Origin: Octopus sinensis
Lineage: Eukaryota
Assembly (NCBI RefSeq): GCF_006345805.1
Contig: NC_043002.1
Span: forward strand, 57,722,001-57,786,000
Length of the DNA: 64,000 nt
Direction of reading: 5' to 3'
Positions 53,555-64,000 of the stretch are shown one piece after another; positions within the stretch are counted from its first letter, which is position 1, and every line of letters starts with the position of its first letter. The translations under genes and the position numbers were made by a program. Under the pieces are notes generated by a model, which was given only the letters and a program-made list of their open reading frames with translations, was not told the origin of the DNA and made no database searches.

Positions 53555-53845
53555 CAGGTGAAAGAGGTACAGATGGTACAGCCGCGCGCGGCGAATAAAA
53601 TGCAACGCAATATTTAGTTCCATCCCTTTGCCTTCTTAATTCAGTAGTATTAAAATCGAAGCTGAGTTCCGATGTCATCGAACACATTTTAACGTTTAAT
53701 TCCTTTCTTCCGTCGCGCGCATTAACAAGCGATGCAGTCGGATGGTATATCGTGAGGTCCGTTTCGGAAATATATTGCGGTCTCCACTCAATGCTGGTAC
53801 AAACAGCAATAAGTCTGTTCTGAGAGGCGTGGGTATTAGCACAAA
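53555..53845 (-). CDS. Candidate internal coding exon (291 nt, phase 1-1), possibly an Ig-like extracellular module
   Basis: ttcatag acceptor and g|gtaaat donor; 97 open codons xCANTHASQNRLIAVCTSIEWRP..SELSFDF..RRQRDGTKYCVAF..PLSP; unique non-repetitive sequence; family not recognised with certainty. Confidence 0.4.
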
Positions 53846-54049
53846 CTATGAATGTGTCAAGTTCCCGAAGCAAGCCCAGGAGGAACAAATTTTAATGATT
53901 AAGAAGGGAAGTCTAATGGCGGTTGTTTCCGTTAGGACCCTGTGGAGAAGGTATCTGGGGATTCTACGCCGATGACATCCCCAGAAACGTGGGCCGGAAG
54001 ATGAATGGATGTATTCTTCGGAACGGAAACAGTAAAACTGTTGGTTTTT

Positions 54050-54510
54050 AGCAGCAGGAATATAACTAGCAGAATCGAAACCGAATCTCTGTCCAACCAT
54101 GAAGATACCACGTTGAGATCATTGTCACTTCACATGACCGGTCAGTTAACCAACCACACAGCGTCAAGCCATCACGTGATTCGACTTTCTAGAACCTTTC
54201 AATGGTTTTAGTAACAGGAATAGAATTGTAGTAGCAGATTCGAAACCGAATCTCTGGCCAGCTGTGCAGATACCACGTTGAGATCATTATTGTCGTTTTA
54301 CGTGATCGACCAATTAACCCACTATACAGTGTCAAGCCATCAAGTGATTCAACAGGAATAAAATTGTAGCAGATTCGAAACCGAATTTCTGGTCAGCTGT
54401 GCAGATATCATGTTGAGATCATTGTCGTTTTACATTTTCGTGATCGGCCAATTAACCGACACACAGCGTCAAGACATCATGTGATTCGACTTTCTAGACT
54501 CTTTCAATGA
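54050..54510 (+). repeat. Three diverged tandem units of ~135-165 bp
   Basis: agcaga(a/t)tcgaaaccgaat..gttgagatcatt..gtcaag(c/a)catca repeated three times. Confidence 0.85.
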
Positions 54511-54834
54511 ACGTTAGAAAAAAGGTAGGCTTTTGGAGGCAACTTCAGAATATCAAGACATTTGTTGTAACGACGCCATTCTCATTTTCTATTCACCAGG
54601 CGTGCAAAGAAAACGGACAAATTTTGCTGTCATGAATTCAATGCGAAATTTCTCCCCGGTTGTCATTGGCTGGTCACACATCGGTATTCTTTTATTCTTT
54701 TTACTTGATTCAGTCATTTGACTTACCACGCAGCCACACCTACGCCTGTTCAGAAAACGAGTCAAACTAAACCAAAAGGGCACATATATTTGGTATTTGG
54801 AATTGCGGCTAAAAAACTACTACTACTACTATTG

Positions 54835-54865
<31 letters not shown>

Positions 54866-55159
54866 CGTTGAAGCTACGGGCGCTGCTGCTCCTTTAGTGT
54901 AGACTCAGTGAAAGAACGAAGACCATGGAATGTAACGTAAATAAATGTCATTGCACAGCTTTGCTTGATCTGCATTGTGTAGGCACATTATTAGACTGAA
55001 GTCTACGTGGTAAAAGACCTGGAGATTCCAAAGAATTTAGGTACTCGTCAGGAAAATGATTTAATTCTTTCTGGCCTACAACAGTGTTTATATCCATTTC
55101 ACTGTTTATTACACTCTCTCACTATGTCTATCTGCTTCTCTGTCTCTCTCTCTCTCTCT

Positions 55160-55265
55160 GCGTGGAGCTTATGTGTTTTGCTCATAAACACACAAATCGC
55201 CCGGTCTGAGATTCGAACCCACGATCCCTCGACCGCTGCTCTAACCACTCGGCCATGTGCCTCCA
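55160..55265 (-). mobile_element. tRNA-derived SINE head
   Basis: ggaggcacatggccgagtggttagagc..gggttcgaatc. Confidence 0.7.
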
Positions 55266-55584
55266 CAAATACATATATAAATAAACGAAAATACAAATAA
55301 ATAAATAATAAACTAAATAGGAAGATACAATGATTAGATAGCTGTGTTATTATAAATAGGTAGAAATAAATACAACGGGGTGGGGTGCGGGTGAAAAAGA
55401 AGGGTTCATTATCAATATAGAGCCCGAAAAGGCGATGCTCCAGCAAGGTCGCAGTCAAATGGCTCAAACAAGTAAAAGAATAGAAGAAAGAATAAAAGAA
55501 TATATGCATTAATGTTTGTTTTTATGTTCGGTTATAACAGATTTACATCAATCTGGTGGGTTATTCTAATACTTCTTGTTATCA

Positions 55585-55694
55585 TTCTTAAACAAGGGTT
55601 CTATTGACAGTGACTTCGAAGTTTCGGCAGTCCGATGACGGCTTAACTGGTCCAAAACTGCGAAGTCACTGTCAATGATATTCTTGTTTAAGAA
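55585..55694. mobile_element. 110-bp foldback: degenerate hammerhead (55626-55673 +) preceded by an inverted copy of its own 3' half
   Basis: ggcagt-CCGATGA-cggc..gtcc-AAAAC-tgcgaa-GTC^actgtc; inverted arm reads gcc-GAAAC-ttcgaa-GTC-actgtc; related remnant at ~42570-42665. Confidence 0.65.
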
Positions 55695-55715
55695 ATATAT
55701 ATATATATATTTCTT

Positions 55716-55820
55716 AAATAAGAAGTTACAACCTTTTTACTTGTGTGACTTTTTGCTACCCTGGTAACTATCTATCTATTTTTTCCGTGTTAATTGTTAA
55801 CAAGGGAAAAATACACATAT
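55716..55820 (+). repeat. Dispersed ~105-bp repeat, also at ~17178-17285
   Basis: gttacaacctt..ttacttgtgtg..ttttgctaccc..tttttccgtgttaattgttaacaa. Confidence 0.75.
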
Positions 55821-55826
55821 CTATCT

Positions 55827-55860
<34 letters not shown>

Positions 55861-55920
55861 GTGTATATACACGCGCACGCACACACACATACATATATAT
55901 ATGTACATATATATATATAA

Positions 55921-56017
<97 letters not shown>

Positions 56018-56022
56018 TAGAG

Positions 56023-56062
<40 letters not shown>

Positions 56063-56610
56063 TGCGGTAGATCGATAGCGACATAGATAAATGGATAGAT
56101 AGAGACAGTTTCGATTGTTTAATATGAAGAAGAAGCAGATTTATGTTCAATACAACATTGAAAAATCATATTAATGTCGACCATTAAAACAACGTTGCTG
56201 ATCAGATATAATCCCGGCGGATTTTTGTCATCACTGGCCAAATACCAAAAAGTTTATTGACCCGCAAATTGAATGCAAAAACCTTATCTGAAATACCACA
56301 GGCCAGTAGCTTCGAATTTGGTTCTGTGCCATATCTTCCTGACATTATAACCAATTTTACACGTGACTAGACTACGCGGTGAATTAGTTTTAAAATTTAG
56401 TTTTCAAATGTGATTTTTAAAATCACAATCTAATCTTTATGCTGTACTGACGTTTCAAGAGGGTGTTACTACTAAAATTTTCAACATCATTTGGCAATTT
56501 AGGTTTTTTCTTGTTTTTTTTTTAATAAACATTGTTTTATTTATTTATATATTTGAGTTCACGAGTAGAGGGGTCGACAACTAGACAACATCTAATCAAA
56601 ATACGTTATC

Positions 56611-57152
56611 TACGAACTCTGATCGAAAAGTATAGTGGCTGTTGCTATAGAAACGGAGCTAAAGACGCAGAGTGAAGCCACTTGGCAGAGATTGGTCATG
56701 AACTCTGTCGCGCATTCAAACTAAGTTATAACGTTCTTGCTCACTTCCGGTGTTTATAGCAGTGCTTGGGAGTAAAGTGTGTAGAGCGGGGTCGTCTCAA
56801 AAGACGCGGGATCTCTTTGATTGTGTGGAGGAAATGGAAATCATTTTGAAAACAGTAATAACAGTTGACATATTTTACGTCTATGCCTCGTGAGCCTGAA
56901 ACCAAGGCTGAGGTTTTGCAGTGGAGTCCACAACAAGATTTCAAGTCATCAAAGAAATCCAGGAGAATGTGACTAAGTAGCTGCTTGCTACCCCAGAAAA
57001 AGGACTTCCAGGGAGTCATCCATTGATAGAAACGACGCTGGATAAAGTTTATGGCTTCAGAAGGAGACCACATCAAAGAAGATTAAATGCCGAATTGATA
57101 TATGTTCTAGTTTTCTCTTTATAGGCCCGATACCTTTTGATCGGACTTCGTA
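56611..57152 (+). mobile_element. Internally deleted mariner-like transposon
   Basis: TIRs tacgaactctgatcgaaaagtat / atacc..gatcggacttcgta with TA ends; remnants LKTVITVD..YVYA..PETKA and PEKDFQG..KRRW..ASEGD. Confidence 0.8.
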
Positions 57153-57488
57153 TTTTGCTTTCGAAGGGTTACTGAAAGCAAAGACATTAAGCTGTCATTA
57201 TTTCACACCTTCAAGTATCACAATGGAAAGTAATTCGTTGTAACAGCCGCGCATGATTTCGTTACTAAGATTTCATTTGTTATTGTCTTACAGTGTTATT
57301 TATGCTTAATGCTGATCTCCTGTTCTTTAAAATTTTCCATGCATCTGTACTCATTTCTCCTGTCTATGGTGTCATCTCCATAAACAGTCAGTGCCATTCT
57401 GTGATTACTGGACAGCCTGCACTCCCCCCTCTTCGGTAACAACTCAATGACGGCATACTTCCTGCAATGAATAACTGAAAGAAAATTT

Positions 57489-58249
57489 AGTACTACTTTG
57501 GCGTGTGATCTACAATTTAAAGGGAGATTACTTTAGGTTAGATTTTAGTTTACTTTTAAATTTCTAAAAACCCTTAAGATGTTCATTAAAGATTTTTACA
57601 ATTTGATCAGCGACGAGACGAAAGCAGTTGCAATTTTACGAAGAAATGGCATTTTCGATGATGAAGCAAATGTTGCACCTTGTCATGGTAATGGTGGAGA
57701 AATGAAGGAAGCTCGAAGAAAATGGAAAAACGGTGAAACTTTGCCAATTTTACGTTACAAAACTCGCGGCTACTAAGTTCGTATGATTTACGCGTTTATT
57801 TTAATTATTGTTATTTTTTTTGCTCTTGGTTTCTTATCATATTTTTCGTAGACTTAAATGAAACATCGTTTCATTATTATTAAAATTGTAAGAATTTGGA
57901 AAAAATATGTTTACAATGCTAAGTATGTACAAAAGAATTTATAAGAAATTTAGAAATTTAGAAGTAAACTAAAAAATAATCTAAAATATTTGCTTTTTGT
58001 ATTTGGTATGGAAGATTCTTTATGTGAATTCCTGTGTTGAAGCATATTTTATTGTGTCTGGGGAGAGTCATTCTGTTTTAGTGCCAACGACGCAACGAAA
58101 GTTTTAGAAAAAATAAATAAGTAAATGAGAGGAAATCGAACTAGTGAGTGTGTTAAAAAATAAGGCTCTAAAAGAGAATGACTATCCCTAGACACAATAG
58201 CGTAAAATAATCTCCATTTGAATTATAGATCAAACGCCAAAGTGGCACC
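57489..58249 (+). mobile_element. Non-autonomous Merlin (IS1016/IS1595-like) transposon
   Basis: ~48-bp imperfect TIRs; 8-bp TSD gaaaattt at 57481-57488 and 58250-58257; ORF 57579-57776 resembles the N-terminal Zn-ribbon region of these transposases. Confidence 0.75.
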
Positions 58250-58724
58250 GAAAATTTTCTATAGAGCAATAATTACTCTCCCAAAATGTGCAGTTTGAAC
58301 GACTCAAGTCATTTAGTTTAAAACTCATCCTCTGCGTACAGCTTCTGTTGACTAAATGCACGTCCACAAATTTATAAACAAGGAGTAATTGATATGCTGA
58401 GAAGTATTAAATAGCGATGCAATTGAAGTGAGAGAGCCTGTAAGCGGTCGGGATACATGTACGAAATAGCAGCCAGATTATCCTCAAATACATACATGTA
58501 TCTTTAATAACGACGAGTTTGATAAATTAATTGTGGATACTTTGTGTGGCCGGAACGACTTTCATTACATGTCTGTTCGGCAAGAATTAATCTGGAACTA
58601 AATACAAACAATAACAGCGTTCCGTATATAACGTGGAGATGAAATATTTTGATATTACCACTAGGAGATCATGTATTTCGCCAGTCAGTCACAATGTTTA
58701 TTTAGATATCTATTATTTATTTAG

Positions 58725-59005
58725 AGGCGAAGGCATGGCTGTGTGCTAAGAAGCTTGCTTCCCAACCACATAGTTCTGGATTCAATCCCACTGCATCGAA
58801 CTTTGGACAAATGTACTACATCCTCAGTTCTACCAAAGCCTTGTGAGTGGTTAACGGTAATTGAAAGGAGCCTGTCGTATGTGTGTGTGTGTGTCCATGC
58901 CCGTAGCTGAACAGTTCGGGCATAAAAGATAAGCAAAAGTATTGGGGTTGATTCATTCGACTAAAAAATTCTTCAAAACGGTGCAACAGCATGGCTGCAG
59001 TCAAA
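58725..59005 (+). mobile_element. SINE family A, diverged and internally deleted
   Basis: gcatggctgtgtgctaagaagcttgcttcccaaccac..cagcatggctgcagtcaaa. Confidence 0.7.
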
Positions 59006-59469
59006 ATATTGTAGCAAATAGAAGGTGGTTTGCTTATTTTTCAAATCAAATATCGAATGCAGATCTCAACTCATTGACCGAGAAAAGGGTTAAAAGTGAG
59101 GAATGTTAGTTATGGCGTAACAAGATGATGTGTATTTATATCTTTCATCCCTTTAAAGCAAGAACGCTTCTCATTGCTATATTGAATATTTACTCTTTCT
59201 TCAGTGCACTGCCATCAAAACTGTATAACTCAATTTTGGCCGTTTTACTGAATCGATTCTCGCCTACATAGACCAGTAGCAGGCCGCTCAAATTTACAAT
59301 AATTATCATCTGATTATTATCGTTGACGACTCAGCTAACGAAGAAATTAAATTATGCCTTCTGCGAAAAAATCTCCAATAAATCTAAATAACAATTGTAT
59401 TTATAAATCAAAGAATATAATTAGAATTACAGCAATAACAGAAATTGTTATAAATATTATCATGGAGAA

Positions 59470-59975
59470 GAAGGCGGCGAGCTGGCAGAAACGTTAGCAC
59501 GCCGGGCGAAAAGCTTTGCAGTATTTCGTCTGTCGCTACGTTCTGAGTTCAAATTCCGCCGAGGTCGACTTTGCCTTTCATCCTTTCGGGGTCGATTAAA
59601 TAAGTACCAGTTACGCACTGGGGTCAATACAATCGACTTAATCTGTCTGTCTGTCCTTGTTTGTTCACTCTGTGTTTAGCCCCTTGTGGGTAGTAAAGAA
59701 ATATGTATTTCACCCTTTGCTACTTTTCTGAGTTCAAATTCCGCCGAGGTCGATTTTGCCTTTTATCCTTTCAGGATTGATAAATTAAGTACCAGTTGTG
59801 TAATGGAGTCGATCTAATCGACTGGTCCCCTTCCCAACAAATTTCAGGCCTTGTTTCCATAATAGAAAGAATGGTTAGCACACTGGACGAAATGCTTGGC
59901 GGTATTTCGCCCGTCGCTACGTTCTGAGGTCGACTTTGCCTTTCATCCTTTCGAGGTCGATAAAATAAGTACCAG
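59470..59975 (+). mobile_element. Three tandem SINE family B copies
   Basis: First copy full length 59470-59705; two further cores follow. Confidence 0.85.
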
Positions 59976-60776
59976 TTGACATGGACATGGGCTGAGCTGT
60001 GGTAATACAAGTAGTAGTGATGGTGGCGTTGGTGGTGGTGGTGTTTAGAAGAGACACAGTCGAAGTTGTCGGTCATGTTGACCATTTTTTTTATAAGTTG
60101 ATAAAATTAGAACAATGAAATCAATTCAGTGGCTGACATTCATCTCGCCTATCTTCATATCAATATGTGTAAGAAACAATGAATCGGTCAAAGAAAACAG
60201 AGATCTTCTGCCAAAATTTAACCTTTACCAGCCTGATGTTCAGCTAGAGGTCGACCTACCAAGATTCACTGGTTCCCTCTATACTGTGGTGTGATGCATA
60301 CAATCATCCAGCCTCTTGTTTGCAGTTCATTCTTTCATGCTGTCATACCATATACATCTTTGACAGCCTCTTTCGCTCTTCTACACCATAATGGTCTTGT
60401 CTGTTTGTTTTTAATATGTAGTGAATCTTCCAATGTTTTTTTTTTCGAAAATAGCATGTAATTTTGAAAGATTTGGTTTCTAATCCATGTAGGATTAGCA
60501 GACTCCCCCGTTGGGTGTAGATTGTCACTCAAAGAATACATTGATTCATTACTCCTGTTTTATCATGTTGTTATTGTGTTGAGACCCTCGTCAAGTATTG
60601 CGAATAATAAGTAGAGACAATGGGTGATGATATACATTTGAAAACATTTTGATGTTACAGTTTTAATAGGCACGGCTGGAGTGTCTTATGATCATAAGCC
60701 TTCTCGACTGATACAACTGGAAAGCCTTATGAGGATATGACTCTTTGATTATGATTAACAAGAAGCCAAAATGCAA

Positions 60777-60777
60777 T

Positions 60778-60836
<59 letters not shown>
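60777..60836 (+). repeat. (ATC)n microsatellite
   Basis: Direct inspection. Confidence 0.95.
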
Positions 60837-60838
<2 letters not shown>

Positions 60839-61161
60839 CAATTAACAGCAACAACCGTTTAGCTTTGCATGCGAGTCACAACCTTTAGTTTCTTCTCTTC
60901 CACCATACATTGAATTTATTCAAATGAAATCAATATTCAACTCAAATCAATATTCTATAGCAAACCATTAGAATCAGAGGAAACTATTGATGATATCTAC
61001 GTAGAGAAAAAGTTCAAACTAGATTAAACATTATGCCGTGAGGAAGAAGTGAAGTCTAACGTTTTAAACAAAACCGATTGAAAGGGAGAAAGCGAGAGAG
61101 AGGGAGAGAGAGAGAGAGCGAGAGAGGAGGGAGATGGAAAGAGAGAAAAAGATCGTGAGAA

Positions 61162-61208
<47 letters not shown>

Positions 61209-62044
61209 AGAAGAGAAGAAGAGAGGGGCAGAGGTCTCAACATTTAATAGTTGTATAAGAGAGAACCAGCCTAGAGCAATAAGCAGCTCTCCGGTAAGAA
61301 AGACATGAATGTAGTTTCATTTCTGAGCAGAAATTAGTTCTTTTCTGTTTCCCACATGTCACTACCACATGTTCTGGCAAAAGTCTGACCGCCACAATGT
61401 TCCGCCTCCTCTCAATTAAGTTTGTCATTTAAATATTTTCCCTTCAGAGATATCCAAACCAGCATTCCCTTCAGAGATATCCAAACCAGCTCGCCGCCTT
61501 CTTCTTTATGATAATATTTGATACCAATCCGTCTCAGACCGCCTTTTTTTTTAATGCAAATTTCCTGTTTTAAAATCACTGAATTCAAGACATTCCATAA
61601 AAATCATGTTAATTTATGTTCCAAAGACCAGTTTAATAGTGATACATATTTTACTAAATTCCTCATTTAAAAAATAATAATTAGATGAAACAAAGGCAGA
61701 GTATTTTAATAGAAATACAGTAACAATATTAGTGAAAGGGATTTGAATAAAGAACATCTATCAAAATTATATATTAATTTATGTTCCAAATTTAATTGAT
61801 TTTAATAAATTCTTCATTACTTTGAAAATTACTTGAAACAGAGGTAGTGTATTTCAAAGCGATATGACAACTAAATGGCTAAACATTTTTGAGATCATTG
61901 TGCCTGAAACTGCCTTTGGTTTTGTGACACAACATTTTTCTTTTAATGTGATCTAAATTATAGACCTTCATCAAAATTCCATGTTAATCTATGTTTCAAA
62001 TACCAACTTAATAGCTGCAAAGATATTTTATCAAATTCTTTTAT

Positions 62045-62492
62045 TCATTTATTCTTTTACTCGTTTCAGTTATTTCACTGTGGCCATGCCGTAGCACCAT
62101 CGAAGAAATCAACCCCTGGACTGATTTTTTGTAAGACTGGTGCTTATTCTACCGAAGACTTCTGCCTAACCACTATGTTTCAGGGTCATCAAAAACACCA
62201 ACATCAGTTTTCAAGCGATGGTAGTGGTGGAATAAACACAGACAAATACATACATACATGCATACATACATACATACATACATACATACATACATACATA
62301 CATACATACATACATACATACATGCATACACGACAAACTTCTTTTAGTTATCCGTCTACCAAATCTACTCACAAGGCTTTGATCGACCCGAGGCTACAGC
62401 AGAAGACACTTGCCCAAGGTTCCACGCAGTGGGACTGAACCCTGACCCTTGTAGTTGGGAAGCAATCTTCTTACCACAAAACCACTCCTGTG
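62045..62492 (-). mobile_element. SINE family A with internal (TACA)n
   Basis: Head, microsatellite and tail all present. Confidence 0.8.
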
Positions 62493-63257
62493 CCTATAAT
62501 TATTTTCAAAATTAATTGTAACATAACCACTCAATCCTAACAGAAACATGGTAACAAAAGGGTTAAATTCATTTTTTTTTTTCACAGTTCAGCCACTTGT
62601 ACTGTTGCTGTGTCACATGAATCGGGGATAATGATACTGTAACATAATCCGGGGATAATTTATTTGGACGACTTTGTATCATCTGTTTGGTTGGCGTTCC
62701 AACAATAGCCATCCACCGTTGTTTTATAATTGTTTCATATATCATGCAACTTGAAACATTGTCCTTGTATCCTAAACAGTTGTCAGTTGAAATATATTTG
62801 ACTACTATTTTTAGCAAAACAAAGTACTCTCCCAGAGTCCTCTTACGTTGTTGCTGTAATTGTTGTTGTTGTTATTGGATAACCCCAGGTCAAGTCTGAT
62901 CGAGCAGTCCTACTAGCGCAGGCAGTCAATCGGTGAAGCGACCAGACGCAAACCGCAGAGACAACTCCCTATTTGTAACGAGTTGGGTATACAGTTTGCA
63001 CCTCTCGGGTCTCTCTTTAACTGGACGTGGGGAAACCATACAGCGCAATCAGACATATATATGGTGAAGAGAGAGAACAAGCTGGATATGTGGCTCAGTT
63101 GATTGATATACGTCTAAACATTATGACGGCCGAAACAGAGGTGAGTGAGGTCCTTTTGGTCAGAGGAGTGGAATTTTTTCTGAACTTTTACATCTATTTT
63201 TGGTGACGAACATCAATGATCAGTAACTGGAATCTATGAGGATTGCTGCTGCTGAGA

Positions 63258-63592
63258 CCCCCTTCGGTCATAACTGACCATGGGATTGCACCTACAAAGT
63301 TACCCTCCCAGGCACAAGTCCGGGTAAGGTTGTTTATGGAAGACCAGCAGTCGCCCATGCATACCAGCCTACCCTCTCCATGCCGCCACCTGTGTTATCC
63401 AAGGGAAAAGCAAAGGGGCCGATACAGCTTGGCACCTCTGACGTCGCAACTCATTTCTACAGCTGAGTGAACTGGAACAACGTGAAATAAAGTGTCTTGC
63501 TCAAGAACACCACACGCAGTCCGCTCCGGGATTCGAACTCACAACCTCACGATCGTAAACTCGACGCTCTAACCACTGAGCCATGCGCTTTC
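63258..63592 (-). mobile_element. Full-length tRNA-derived SINE
   Basis: gaaagcgcatggctcagtggttagagcgtcg..gttcgaatcc..gaagggggtctc. Confidence 0.85.
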
Positions 63593-64000
63593 ACTAATCT
63601 ATGAGGATAATAATATTGCAATTAGTCCTGTGTATCTATATATTTTACTTTTGCGTGTGAGAGAATGGAAATGCTTTTAGAGATGTAGCTGAATTTTAGG
63701 GTTACAAGACAGACAACAATGCCTCGATATACGAGTTAATTTGTACCCGGAGATCGCTGGTAAAACGAAAACTCGTAAAGCAGAGCAATAATTTCTCATA
63801 GTAGCAACGTAATAAATCGTAATTCGTTCTCAGAAAAATATTTTTCCTATAAAATTTATAACACTCGTAAATAAATGGCAATAAAACATCCGTGGAAGGT
63901 AAAGAATAGTTTATGTAAAGTAAAAAGAATGTCAAGATCATTTATAATAAAAAATATTATTAGAATCGTTTTCTGAATCAATTTCACTCGTACTAGACTC

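Noticed and set aside
54050-54510. Repeat-spacer-like periodicity suggestive of CRISPR (also 18290-18450)
   Set aside because: Eukaryotic context, whole units are homologous with no unique spacers, and no cas genes
56741-57076. 111-aa - strand ORF
   Set aside because: Antisense shadow of the + strand mariner remnant
62990-63150. Unique segment ending in gag|gtgagt
   Set aside because: No acceptor compatible with the one open frame; peptide unrecognised
21840-63592. tRNA-like sequences with A and B boxes
   Set aside because: They run directly into SINE bodies, occur as diverged multicopy families, and show no convincing complete cloverleaf; SINE heads, not tRNA genes

Overview
Eukaryotic, AT-rich, microsatellite- and transposon-saturated DNA. 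The repeat families resemble those of coleoid cephalopods, most likely Octopus; this is inferred from repeat types, not from a marker gene. No complete host gene is visible. One plausible symmetric coding exon lies at 53555-53845 (-), and almost all long ORFs in the supplied track are microsatellite artefacts. Recognisable content: four decayed Penelope-like element (PLE) coding remnants (two GIY-YIG-bearing copies lacking the RT catalytic core, one YLDD RT + GIY-YIG copy, one YRDD RT fragment), a Tc1-type transposon with DD36E spacing, a deleted mariner, a non-autonomous Merlin with an 8-bp TSD, an RTE LINE fragment, several palindromic MITE-like foldbacks and dozens of tRNA-derived SINEs. 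The main signal is about 20 type-I hammerhead ribozyme (HHR) motifs read by eye, belonging to about 12 different pLTR-like sequence families. Many have an extended stem II and a palindromic loop III. They recur as outward-facing inverted pairs, mostly abutting (TA)n tracts, and enclose cargo ranging from a few bases to 3.5 kb. One is an ORF-less 557-bp HHR-to-HHR tandem unit that looks like a retrozyme. All structures were derived manually and need confirmation by folding, covariance-model searches and cleavage assays.
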